DNA of 64,000 nt from Bigelowiella natans CCMP2755 (taxonomy: Eukaryota > Protista > Cercozoa). Under the pieces are notes generated by a model. That model was not told where the DNA came from. It saw only the letters and a program-made list of their open reading frames with translations, and made no database searches. Positions 13,712 to 27,192 of this stretch are shown here, piece after piece. The stretch covers positions 10,303-74,302 of the forward strand of contig ADNK01000095.1 in the NCBI GenBank assembly GCA_000320545.1. Reading direction: 5' to 3'. How positions within the stretch are numbered: the first letter of the stretch is position 1; every line of letters begins with the position of its first letter. The position numbers were made by a program, and so were the translations under genes.

Positions 13712-15858
13712 TCCCAAACCATCCTCTCTTTCATCTTATGATGGCGCAAATGAGACAACAATGAATTCTGCATCATCCTCATCATCCCCCTCTCGATTGG
13801 GAACAAAAACCGATAACAGTGCTAGTGGAAAACAAAAAAAGTTGGGTGTTGGTAAAGCAAGGGAAACAGTAGGAAAAGAGAACAATAATGGCGGCAGGAT
13901 AACAAGTCACCCAGTCTTCTCGTCACCACCTCCCCTTGCCTGGGAAAATAATAACACGTCATTAGTACCATTGATAAATACAGCGTCATCAGCATCATCT
14001 AATGGGTCTTCTTCTATTTCTTCTTCTTCGCAATCACTACCTCCCATTCAACAATCAGAATTTTTGTTTGACGATATCATCAAATTGAGCACCATGGCCA
14101 GTAGTAGTGGTAGTAGTAGTAGCAGCAGTAGCAGTAGCAGTACAAAAAATATTTATGAAAACAAGAAAACATCCTACAAAGAGTCTACGAACGCATCAGT
14201 AATAGATCCAGCAGCAATAGCAAAAACAAGGAAGAACATGAGGCAAACCAACGACGCTACACTAAAGAATTCAAAGGACAAGAACAGCAGCAGCAGCAGC
14301 AGCATTGAAAGGGGTGGAGGAGGAAGATCAGGAGAAAAAATGTTATTACCGCCTCAAACTCGTCATGGAGGGGAAATCAATTCCGAGTAGTGCTTGCTAG
14401 TGTATAATAGTACCGACTAACAGCGTATTATCACATATCAATTCGCGTCTACACAAGTGTACGTGTGTGTATATGTGTATTTTCCCTTCTTCTGATGACT
14501 ACTTTCTCCTTTCTCTTCATGTTTCCTCTCCTCTACCTCATATCAAGTACATCAATGATTATAGACTATTTTTGCTACTTCATTAACCATCTTCGTGACG
14601 CATTTTTCTTCTCGTTATTACTAATATTATTATTAATGTTATTATTATTATAAAATAGGTTTTGGGTCATAACGTCTGTATTCGCCTCCACTCACAAAGC
14701 CGCTATATCTGATAACTTCTTCACGTTCCGAGACGCTATCAAGAGGCAAGGAGCGCAACTTTGTGTTACCCAGATAGCATATGATAATTCGAGTTATCTT
14801 CTTGGGGATGATGATGCCGATATTGTCAAGAGCTTTCGAGGGTCTCGAGAGATGCATTTAATGTGGCAGAAAGAGCGATTGCTCAATCAAGCACTTGATC
14901 TGTTACCGAAAACTGCCAAATACGTTGCTTGGGTATTCCTACAACAACAACAACAACCACAACAAATACTACTACTACTACTACTACTACTACTACCTAA
15001 ATTCAGCTGCTACCTAGCTTATTAAGGAGGGGAGATACTAGTTATAGATTCTTAAGTAGAAGAACACTATTGTCAATTAATAATTGATCTTGATCATTTT
15101 TTTAACGAATAATACGATACGAAACTATGGTCTGCTACTACATTACTACATCATGACAAAATGATGATGAAAATGGTGGCTTTTACTGTTTGAAGATGAT
15201 AATACTAGCTACATTCCAATCATCCAGCTATGATCGTTATCACCATCATCATCATCATCATCATCATGATTTTTAAAGCTGCTGTACTTTGCAACAACAC
15301 ATTAGTAGCAGTATTACCAATTGCTATCGTCGTTACTGCTACTACTATTCGCACTATTTGTACTATTTTCATAGTGATTTAACAATACCTACTACTACTA
15401 CTACTACTACTACTACACTACTACTTTTACAATTCCTAGGTGGATGCTGATGTAGTGTTCGTAGACGATAACTGGATCAAAAAGACAATCTTTGCACTCA
15501 AACAAAAACCTATTATCCAGTTATTTTCTGAGGTAGCAGAATGTTTTTTATACAGCACGCTCACTTATTATAGTAATATAATGGTAACAACATGATTGAT
15601 ACAATATTTATTAAATGATTTACAGACAAACCTCCACACGCACACACACACATACATGATTTAATTGGCACGAACTTAGCAATATACGAATTACCACAAG
15701 CACCATCACTAAAAACTATTATTATTACATCTATTTCAATGTTGATTATGTTTTTATAATAACTCTCTCCTTCTAGGTTCGATATTTAAGCAAAGAACAA
15801 ACAAATCATCTTCGAGATGCAATAAAAAAGGCTTCAACTATTATTCGGCCTCTTGACT

Positions 15859-15892
<34 letters not shown>

Positions 15893-16528
15893 AGATGACG
15901 TAGAAGTAGTCGATGATGCAACAAGCCGTCATAAAATGAATGGCAGCAGTAGTAGTATGACTAGCACAAACACTCACACACCATCGAGCAAGAACAACAA
16001 CAACAACAACAGCATATATACTGCTGCTGCTGCTGCTGCTACAAGTATTCGACCTGCTTCGAAAGCTTCCTCACCCCATCCATCCTCCTCCTCCTCCTCC
16101 TCATCATCATCTTCATCATCATTTCCCAATCTGCATCATATCCATGCTCCGAAGTCTACATCATACTTAGCGGTCGGTGGATAATGTGCGTGTACATATA
16201 TGTCGGTTTCTTCCATCATCGTTATAGTGTTACAAATTAGATTAAAATTTACAAAAATGATGAGGATATTGTTGACGATGATGATGATGATGATGATGAT
16301 GATGAAAGCTACGAATTCATGCTCTACCGATCTTACTTTCGATATCATCATCATCTTCTTCTTCTTCTTCATCATCTTCATCCATCATCATCGTCATCAT
16401 ATTGAGAATCATCCTCACTAACGAATCAATGCCCTAACCCCTTAATAATTGCTACCACTACACTACTACCACTACTACTACGACTACTACTATTACTACT
16501 ACTACTACTAACTACGCAACTACCACTA

Positions 16529-16564
<36 letters not shown>

Positions 16565-17025
16565 ACTACGCACCCCTTCTTCATAGGACATTCGCAAGAG
16601 ACCGAATGTAACAACTCGGGTTGATCTAAGAATGGGGCTGGCATGGGCGGCTAGGAAAGAGCTCATCCAAGCAGTAATAAAAATTTACGTGTTAGTCACA
16701 AGAGATTATCCAAGCAGTAGTTATAATTTATATATTCGTTACTATTGATGATCAAGATAGATATGTGCAATAATGTACTACTACTTCTTCTTCTTCATCT
16801 TGTTCTTTTGAAAGAATAGTAGCTACCACTTACTGAACATCACAAGGATTCACTAGTTGAATGTCCAAATATGAAGAAGAAGACGAAGAAGAAAAAGAAT
16901 AAGAGGAAAAAGAAGAAGAAAATGACATCATCAAACTACTGCCACCCCCTCATACACACACATTTACATACATACATATATACATACACACACATTTACA
17001 TACATACATACATATGTGTGTATGT

Positions 17026-17069
<44 letters not shown>

Positions 17070-18109
17070 ATCTATGCACGTGGGTGATTTCTGAACATCA
17101 TCATTCATTCATTCGTTCTCTCATTTTCTCTTCGTAGACATACTGTAAGACTAACTTCCATAGTCCATAGTTGATTATTTATCATCGTCTTCATTACTTA
17201 CTTGTTCGTAGACACGATTCCCCGAATTTTGCATTATTGGAGGAGGAGATAAGATAATGCTACAAGCTTTAATTGGAGGAAGTAGTGCGGGATATATTGA
17301 CAATGAGTCAGGTGATATTTGTTTATCATGATAATAATAATGATGATGACTAAATCATATTCGTAGTACAGATTGTGATTAAACCATAAAGGGATAGATG
17401 GTGTAGTGGTGGTGGTAGTAGAACAGATTGTGGTTGCAGCATAAAGAATGGATGATGTAGTGCTGCTGCTGCTGCTTATGAAAATTGTTGTAGTAATTGC
17501 AATGCGCTTGGTCAAAACGACGACGAATGTTTGCTTCTTGTGTCCTGCCTACTCTCATCAGTATATTTCCGGTCTTCCAAGCCTCAGAAAATTGAAACAT
17601 TGAAGTAATCCTAATCTTTTCCATGCATGAACCTGCTGCTGCCTATGTGTGTACAGCAGTGCGAACCATATGATGATGATGATGATTTGATGATGATGAT
17701 GATGTAGGCAGTAGTAGCAGTAGTAGCAGTAGTAGAAATAGCACTTGTGAGTGTTTCTTCGTAACTGCACGATGTCGCATCAGCAGCATCATGAGCGATT
17801 AGTAAAGGAACAAATTTGAAATTGAATAGTTTTATTACATGTAAGGAATCATAACATGTCCCTAACACATCTTTGAACTCCGTCGTCTTTATAGATCGTC
17901 ACGTATATCTACATATTAATATAATATTCGATGTGTGTGTGTGTGTGTGCTGGATTTGTTATGCATTGCCATCATATCGGTCTTGTAGTTTGTTTCATTT
18001 TGTGTATATGATAATTAGAAAAACAAAAACTAAAATAAAATATTAAGATGTAGGAAGAATATGCAATTATCGGAGATTTATCCTTGATATTCACCATCAA
18101 TGTCATCAC

Positions 18110-18144
<35 letters not shown>

Positions 18145-19623
18145 GGTACCAAGAGCTATTGAGGAAGCACGTTGGAGGAGAATCTAATGTAGTATTCGCA
18201 TCATCACCACCTCTATTTGCAGATGAAGCAGCAAACAAATATAAAACATCTTTGTCGAGTGATTAAGTTGTTTATTGATGTTGGTTGTGTGGGGGAATAA
18301 TCATCTCTCCTATGTTAAAAATGGCAATCTCATAATTTGTTTTCGCTGAATTAATAAGCAAGCTGAATGAAAACCGTGCAACCTAATAAATGATATGTAG
18401 GTAGGATACCTGGACAACAACGTCATACTGCATCTATTCCATGGAAAAAGAAAGGATCGCTTCTATCTAAAACGTGAAAAAGTGCTTATGGATATGAAAT
18501 TTAACTCCAAGGTTGTTGTCTTTGTTGTTATTGATGATGATAATGATGATGATCATCATCATCATCATGGTGCGTTTAATGCGATGATGATGCACGTACT
18601 TAAAGGATATGAATATAGTCATCATCGTCATCATCATCATCATCATCATCATCATGTTTTAATTACTAGTTGGTATAGATTGGTAATACTATCAAATACC
18701 ATCATCTCAAAGCAGCAGCAGCAGTAGCAAGGGACTCATTTTTACGGATTGATGATTCCACATCATTTCTGTGTGCATGCATGCATGCATACAATAACAC
18801 ACATTTGTGATGCAATATATCTATATATCAGTAGATCTTATATGCTGTATGTAGTAATCTATGTTGCCGTCTTTCTTTCACCATATTCAATATTCAGAGA
18901 CATCTAGTCAAGGACCCCAAACTTTCTCTTGTAGCGAATAACAATAAGAGCAAACACGGGCCGTACGACGACCTTCATCACCGTCATCACCATTCTGCAA
19001 AATTAGATCAGTATCGAAAAGAAGGAGGGTATGTAACTCAATGAGGAGGAGATTAAGAAGAATAAAACAAGAGCAGATAGCAGCATTGATAATAACAATA
19101 ATAAGGGATTAGTAGTAGTAGTAGTAGTAGTAGTAGTAGGGGGTTTCAAAATTGAACATCTATATACCTGTAATATATGTGTATATACACATATATATAT
19201 TTATATGTGAAATATGTGTGTGTGTGTGTGTGTATCATTTAGTAGTTTGAATTATTTCTTTCGATGTCCTCCTCCTCCTTGATTTAGTAGTTGGAATATT
19301 TTTTTCGGTTTCCTCCTCAATAAGACAGTTGAGATCATACACACGACAGGATTTTGCTACTATGCCATTACGTGTGCCGTATCAATCCTTCAGATAAATT
19401 TTATTCCATACAATTTGAAGTTGTAGGATAGTGATCGAAGAAAGTTTTATAAAACCCTCCTCCTCCTCCTCCCCTAATAAATAATATTACTTTATTATGA
19501 TGTAGGATCTGGAGTTGGAAGGGATCGCCTAAATTTGTCCGAAGCGTTGTTCGTAAATTTGAACGATACTTCCAAATCAAAGAGCATGGTATCGCAGAAA
19601 ATGGCGCAACTCAATTGCTTTAG
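12533..19623 (+). CDS. Glycosyltransferase-like (GT-A, DxD) protein with long Ser/Asn-rich low-complexity N-terminal region; multi-exon
   Basis: Spliced core: FWVITSVF..DNFFTFRDAIKRQGAQLCVTQIAY..MWQKERLLNQALDLLPKTAKYVAW|VDADVVFVDDNWIKKTIFALKQKPIIQLFSE (about 14660-14931, 15440-15531), MGLAWAARKELIQA (16.6 kb), FCIIGGGDKIMLQALIG (17.2 kb), VGYLDNNVILHLFHGKRKDRFYLKR (18.4 kb), IWSWKG..FERYFQIKE..LL* (stop 19621-19623). The first intron 12636-13098 joins in frame to the 403-aa ORF. Confidence 0.75.
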
Positions 19624-21309
19624 CTGCTGCTGATGCTGTTGATGCTTCTGAGTAGCATGTAGACGTAGTAGAGAAATATCTATTCAGAGACTAGGAATTG
19701 CTGGTAGTAGCAACATCATCGCACATGTCTTAAATAATCGACGACGATGAGGAGGAGGAGGAGGAGGAGGAGGAGGAGGAGGCCAGTAGGTCTACTCGGG
19801 GTTGTTATTGGCCGAAGAATATCATATTGCACGGTCCACTTGCATTTCCTTATTGCATCGTTTGCTATAGTATATGTTGCTAAATAAAAGATCAAGTAAG
19901 TATTTTCGTAGCTAGCGAATCATTCAATGCTTATATTGGATAAACGTGCATTCCATTCCATGGTAGCGCAGCTATAGCTCTTTTAATTTTTGCACGTGCT
20001 CAGGTCAATGCAAGCAGCATGCATTCACAGTGATGCCGCATGTAGTAAATGCATCATACATCAATGCCAGTCCATCCATGCCTTCATTTTGATACTGTGC
20101 ATGCATGTTGAATCAATATGATAGTAATGCACTCATTGTGCACACCGCGTGTCATGGCTGGTTTGTCATCCATGCAGCTAGTTCAGTAGCGCCTGCTAGT
20201 TTGCTGGTTGGCAACTACGTGTGCATTGAAGCAGCAAGGCAACAATTGTGCATTAAGGCATGATTTCATCACTGCGCACATGTCATCGCCACCCGGGCGG
20301 AGCGTGTTCAAAATTGAACAGCGTGAGGTTTTTCCAAATTTGAGGGTTAGAAAAACCATGCAAAGCCGCATGCAGAGCAGGAAATGCATGCGCGCGCGCC
20401 CTGAAACTTGCTTGAGCGTTGTTTCTCATCACGTTCGAAAGTTTTCAAGAGTCACTTTGGTGTGGTGTCGCGTTGCATGCTGCTGCACCCAAAGTTTATC
20501 TGAGTGTCACATGGTTTGTGCTGCGTGCACAGTTGTCATGCATCGCACGTCGTTGTTTGCGGATGCACCCAAGGTGCACCCGGATGCACCCTGATGTCAT
20601 GCACATGCGATGCGTGACAAGAGTCCAGCTAGATGCATCCAGATGCACTAGCTCGAAAAATCGTGGATCGCTGTCCATCTGTCTCGACGGGCCCCGTGCA
20701 ATGAAGTCAGAGCAGACATGGGAGTCCCCCGCTGGCAAGACCACGTCTCTCAACTCGTCGTCAGCTGAGAGCAAGTGCACGCGCACGCAGATCGACTGCT
20801 AGACTGCAAGACGGATGTGATCAATCAATCAAATTTGTTATTCAATGATCATCCTCATGTAGCCATGCAATGCAACGGCTGCAGCGTGAACTAGTGAATC
20901 TTGCATGTGTCATGCGTTCAAAAACACAAATGATTAAAACAGAAAATGAGTCGTTGTCCATGATGCATGTGCTTGTTGTGCACGATGTGCATGTTGCATT
21001 GGTGCACGAATCCACAACCAAAATGTCATTAGCCCTGCTTCTGCTGTGCGTGTCAGAGCGCATGAACACATGTGGTATAGTCTTTCAAGAAGCACTTTTG
21101 CACACATGGCACACAAGTGTCTGTCATGGCATGTGGTAATATTGTTTAAAATGACATCGACATACCCATCATCATCATCATTTTCATCATAAATAAGGAG
21201 TAGTTAGAGTACCACATTTCTGCTCACTTCTTCTACTGTTATTTACTACTACTACTACTACAACTACTACATCTACTACTACTAGTATAAGTATACTACT
21301 CTTTGTAGT

Positions 21310-21347
<38 letters not shown>

Positions 21348-21479
21348 AAAAAGATAATGGAATAAAAATAATAATAATAAGCACACGTGTTCACATAATC
21401 ATCGACCGACTACTGTGTACCTCTCCTCCTCCTCCTCCTCCTCCTTCCAGACCACCACTTACTTTCATTATTCTAGATG

Positions 21480-22347
21480 TTAACTAACATCGAATAAAGT
21501 TGTTACTGCTGCTGCTGCTGCACCCTTTTCATCATTCTCCACCAGAGATTTTTCTGCTGCTCCTACTGCTGCTGATGCCGTCGTTTGTTTGCCAAAGAAC
21601 CAGCAATCCAACCAAGAATGAAAACAGATCCCAGCACTATCGTATAGCCTACCAACGTCGTACAAGTATTAAAACAGCGCCTCAATGATGGAGAACGCTC
21701 TCCCTCTCCTCCCCCTCCTCTTCCCCCTTTATGACATTACAGTTGCCATATCCTGATGATGCTGATGATGATGATGATAGTGATGTGATAGTGGTAGTAG
21801 GCCTTATATAGTATTAATTGTCGTGCTGCTGGTAGTACAAAATTACAGCACGTCATAGCATCACACACATACACACAAAACCTATCATCATCATCATCAC
21901 ATCATATACTACTATCGCTGCCGTGTTTTTGTATTATTACCTACTAAATGTGTAGTTTTACTTTCTTTCTCTTTTGTTGTTACTACTAAGATATCGCTGC
22001 TGCTGCTGCTTTTTGCAGGAAGTGGAGGAGGAGAGGGCTGCTGTCTTTGTTGATGAGGTGCTGTTGCAAAGAATGGTTCCTCCTCCTCCTCCTCCTCCTC
22101 CTCCTCCTCCTTCTCGGTTTCGAAAATTCTTCTTTTCTCCTTAACCTCCTCGGTCCTTCTACTTTTCTGAACAAGCTTTTGCTGTTGCTGCTGCTGCTTT
22201 TCCTCCTCCTTTAGATGTAGCTCAAGAGCATCACGTCTTTTCTTCTTCAAACGCTTTGAACGGAGATGCATTTTGATGTGCGCGACAGATTTTGGAGGTG
22301 GTGTTGAAGGCCGTGGCGGCTTGTTCTTGGTTTTATATCCTATGATA

Positions 22348-22381
<34 letters not shown>

Positions 22382-22439
22382 CACCTTATGTATATTATTG
22401 AATTTCTGCTAAGCATGCATAATCTCAATAGTATATTTA

Positions 22440-22476
<37 letters not shown>

Positions 22477-22819
22477 CGAGTTGTTACTACCACTATTACT
22501 ATTATTATCACTATTACTATCTTAATTATTATCAGTTTTGTTATGATTAATATCTTCTCATCGAAGAAGAGAACAGAATTACTTACTCTTCATTCTTCAT
22601 GTAGTAAGTATCACCTGCAAGTCTTTTCTTCATACATTTCTCCCAATCGATTCCCTGATGATGATGATGATGATGATGATGTTGATGATAAGGAGGAGGA
22701 GGAAGAGGAGGAGGAGTCAGAGGGGGAGGATAAGAGCTGATGATAAAAGATGATGCTTATAAATGATGATGATGATGATAAAATTCCTGCAAGTTGTGGT
22801 TCTCATCAGTTCTTTCATT

Positions 22820-22851
<32 letters not shown>

Positions 22852-23167
22852 TACTATAACTATCACAGCACACACAGCTACTACTACAAATACTACTATT
22901 ACTAATACAAATATTACCTGTGCAGCTTGTTTCCTGAGCTTATCTTGATGTTTTCGTAACCATGATTTAGGGTATCTTGCCACTGTGTTTTGTGTGTGTG
23001 TCAGCAGCAACCACCAGCAGCAGCAGCGCAGCAGAACGACGAGAAGCAGGCATCATCAGTAATGAATGATAAGTAGAAAGCCAAGTAGTATGGAGAACAT
23101 GATGATGATGTTGTTGTTGTTGATGATGATAATGATGGTAAAAGGCAATTAGTTGTCTTGTATAATC

Positions 23168-23206
<39 letters not shown>

Positions 23207-23491
23207 ATAACCTTTTTCCCGTTGCCACATTGCATCGACATATGCAGCATCGTGAAGAAACTTTACCATCAAAGAGCCTAGATAATGTTGGTGGTGGTTT
23301 AGTTGGTAAGTTAGTAGTTGTAGTTGTAGTTACTATTGATGTTGTTTATTGCTAAGCAGCAGCGGCAGAAGAATGAATAAATGAATAAATGGATGAATAA
23401 ATGAATGAATGAATAAACGAATATGGAATCGTAGTAGATTTCTTCATATCACTAAAACAAAGAAGAGTGTACACATTAGGGTTACATACAT

Positions 23492-23540
<49 letters not shown>

Positions 23541-23826
23541 GCCACGGTTAATAATACAGCGAGTGATGATGATTTTGCTTCAGATTGAAATCTCTTCTAC
23601 CACCACTACAACAATAAATAAATAAAGGCCGAAGAACAAGTAGTAGTAGTAGTATTAGTAGTAGCACAGGGTGACTCACCCACATCCTTCCAAATGTGAA
23701 TTGTATTCATTTCAGATGTCAAACAAGGGTCCTGATGCATGGATGGATGGATGGATGGATGGGGGGAAGGACAATGCAATAATTTATCAAAGACTCACCA
23801 CAACCAACCCCCAATAAATAAGCTCG

Positions 23827-23865
<39 letters not shown>

Positions 23866-24584
23866 CTGGTAAGTTAAGTCGGGTTTAGTTTGAAATAACT
23901 CTGATTGGATCTCTGTGAATTGGCAGCAAGGGCACGCTACAACACCAACTTTCGGTATAAAGCTATAATTATCATTGTTGTTGTCGTTGTTGTTGTAGGA
24001 GGAGGAGTTGGCAGTTGTGCTGCTGCTGCTACTAGGAGGATGAGCAGCAGCAGGGGAAGGAGGAAAACCATAGTCAATAGCAGTCTTGTGGGTTCCTAGT
24101 GGTGCTGATGAAGTTGACTTCGACAAGAAGTAATGTCGAGGAGAGGAGGAGAAAGAGGAGGAAGAGGAAGAAGAAGGAGGAGGCCTTGTGGCCTTACTAT
24201 CCTCCTCCTTCTCTACCACCGCTGCTTGTTGAGATTGAGGGGAGATAGAAGAAATCTGATTCTTCACCTTACTTATCCTCTCATCCTCCTCCTCTTTATG
24301 ATCTTGTTCGTTTCTCATACTGTCTTTCGGTGTCGTCGTCATCATCATCATCGGTTGTTTCTTCTTGTTCTTCTGCTGTTGTTGTTGTACTATCCTAATT
24401 GAGTAGAGGCAACACTGGCAGACAAGTAGTCACGAACAAGATATAAATAAACACCAGTGCGAATAGACTAGCTACTACCACGTCACTAAGTATAAATAAA
24501 CATAGCAACCATTACCACGTCAATAATATATAAATAAACAGTGCGAATAGACTAGCTACTACCACTACTACTACCACTACTACC

Positions 24585-24619
<35 letters not shown>

Positions 24620-24749
24620 AATAACAACAACCTCAAGCGTAACGTGCGTGTGCATGCACAATACTAGCACTTTTTGGTGTGAATGGACTGGTATTATGAC
24701 GTTTTCCACCTGATATCACACCAGTATATCATCATAGACAGCACAGCAC

Positions 24750-24791
<42 letters not shown>

Positions 24792-25452
24792 CAAATATCA
24801 GTATATCAATAGACAGTACAGCACATATACATCTCGAATAATAACGTCAGATCAATCATGGAAATTACAACATCTAAAAAGCAAGCATTCATTCCAGGAG
24901 AGCGGTAGCAAATGTATATTCATTACAATTATTGCAAAGAAAAGCCCGATAAAAAGGATGAGATTTGAACAACCACAAATAAGACCGTATCATCAATCAA
25001 TCAATCAACCAATTAATCATCAATGTTTTCTATGAATTCCGAAGAATAATTCTAAATTAAAGCTCTCTGCTGCTGATGCTGCTGCAAATGATGATAGACA
25101 GACGCCATCAACACAAATGCATTTGTTATATTCTCATGATATCCATCATCATCATCATCATCATTATCATCATCATTCTTATTAGATTCTCTTACTCACC
25201 CCGGCCTTGTAGCAGGATAGATTCCTAACATTTGCAAATCTTGGTATGCTGCTGCCCCCCCCCCCCCCACCACCACCTTTTTCTTCTTTTCCAGCAGCAT
25301 TTCGAGTAGGAGTAAGGACTCACCCGCATGATAGGGATCGATTGAATGAATTTGCCATGATGTTCGGTAACAGAGCATCGCTGCTGTGCGTGGCGACACA
25401 CCATCTCCTACAACTACGCACACCACGTCTTTGTCACTGAGAAAGAGGAAGA

Positions 25453-25483
<31 letters not shown>

Positions 25484-26723
25484 GAGCACATAGTAAGGGT
25501 ATGAAAATGAAAAAGAAAGAGCGAGAGAGAAAAGGGCAGCAAAGAGGAGGATCAACGGCCCAGAAGAAAAATAGATGATAGTTTGTCAACTGTACAATCT
25601 TTCTAATATGGAAATAATCATGAAAATATAATAGACAAGTGTTGTTGTTATTATCACTCACTGCAGCAAACTACTACTGCTACCATACTACTACCGAGTA
25701 TCAAAATGGCCTTTAAGATGACGGCGGATGGCATTGAATAGGCTGAAGCTTTCAGTTACCTTGATAAAATTCAAACATTAGGAATTATAATTCCATATTA
25801 TATGTAGTAGTAGTAGTAGTAGTCGTAGTAGAATATAGAAGCTAGCAGTAGTAGCAATAGGTCTATTGGTGGGTGGTGGAATAATATCGTAATAATAATA
25901 GTGGCACATCGCACTCCCCTCTCTCACAATTAAAGTTTCTTTCTTTCTGCTGAATTTATGGTGTCCCTACTGTCTTGTCAAACTTATAAAATCTATTATT
26001 AAGATACTACTACTCCCTACCTACCTACCTACCTACCTACCTACCTACCTCCTTGGCATTTGGATATAACCCTAACTCCAACAACGACGGGGCACATCGC
26101 AATTGAAGTAGCTCATCGAGGTACCGCATGGTGGTTGTGGTGGAAGAAGAGGAGGAGGAGGAGGAAGAAGAAGAAGGAGGAGGAGTGCGTAGGGAGGGAG
26201 TAGTGACACTTGTATATTTCAACTGTTCATCCTTAGGTTTCGCTTCCGTCATTACGTCGTTTTGTTCGTCGTTATTTTTGTTCTGAGCTCGAGTTAGAGG
26301 TTGCCTAAAGGCAGCAGATTCAGGTGGCAATGACAATGATGATAATCTCGCCAACAAAGCTGATTCTGCTTTTGAAAACTGCTGCTTTTGCTGCTGCTGC
26401 TGCACCAGGTTTTGATGTTTTTTCGGGATATTATTCAGATCTATCTCGTTTGGTAGAAGCTGTTTTACAACTGATGTGCTGGAAGAAGGAATGAGGCCAA
26501 GACTAGTTTTTGGGCAATGATGAGCTGCTTCTTTAGCTGCTGCGTCAGCACCACCACAACGTTTGCCAGCCTCAACACTCTCCCCTACGTTGTTATGATG
26601 TTCCCTCTCCCCTGCTGCTGTTGCTGTTGCTGAGGACCCAGCAGCTGTGGTGATAAATGAGGATGTAACAAGACAAAGAAATACAACTCTAGAAATTGGT
26701 GTGATGGCGATAAGATGGGGCAA
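21480..26723 (-). CDS. Uncharacterised class I SAM-methyltransferase-like protein; multi-exon (segment 21.5-23.3 kb may be a C-terminal extension or a separate gene)
   Basis: Spliced motifs RYLDELLQLRCAPSLLELGLYPNAKE|VTESFSLFNAIRRH, DVVCVVVGDGVSPRTAAMLCYRTSWQIHSIDP (Rossmann-like Gly loop, acidic residue after strand 2), VLVLCMHTHV, VGVVACPCC, DPCLTSEMNTIHIW. The listed start is a TTG, so the true ATG is uncertain. Confidence 0.6.
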
Positions 26724-26979
26724 GGTATTACTTCTACGAAAGGAGGGGGGGAGGAGATGGGGTTTAGTGCTGATGTTGTTGTTGTTTTTGTTGTTGTGTT
26801 GTCTCCACTGTGTGGTATGGATATTAAGCCGGATACATCCTAGTATTCAGGAGTTGTTCCCTTTTGTCGCAGTGCACAGAAGAACTAAAAAGCTAACTTG
26901 GCTTCTACTATAAACACCACTTCGGAGAATAAACGTAGCTGGGCAGTCAAGGATGCTAATGTCATCCCGTTGTTGTTGT

Positions 26980-27165
26980 TATTGTTTGCAAGATTTCATC
27001 ATCATTTGGTCAAAAACATGTGCTTGGCATATCTTACTTCTAGATACGATGTGATGTTATTATTACGCTTTCTGCTGTTGTTGTTGTTGTTTGCAAGATT
27101 TCATCATCATTTGGTCAAAAATATGTGCTTAGCATATCTTACTTCTAGATACGATGTGATGTTGA
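26980..27165. repeat. Tandem duplication (about 80 bp core, 105 bp period) in a divergent intergenic region
   Basis: ttgtttgcaagatttcatcatcatttggtcaaaaa(c/t)atgtgctt(g/a)gcatatcttacttctagatacgatgtgatgtt occurs twice. Confidence 0.92.
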
Positions 27166-27192
27166 TACTAGGTTATGTATTCATAGTACGAG

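Noticed and set aside
20131-21070. CpG-methylation decay or RIP as the explanation for TG/CA richness
   Set aside because: CpG is retained (e.g. gcgcgcgcgc) and TpA is depleted, whereas RIP would raise TpA.
20183-21139. Cys/His/Met-rich ORFs as metal-binding proteins (also at 43047-43495 and 49124-49685)
   Set aside because: They are open in many frames on both strands because TA loss removes TAA/TAG stops; no motif or splice structure supports them.
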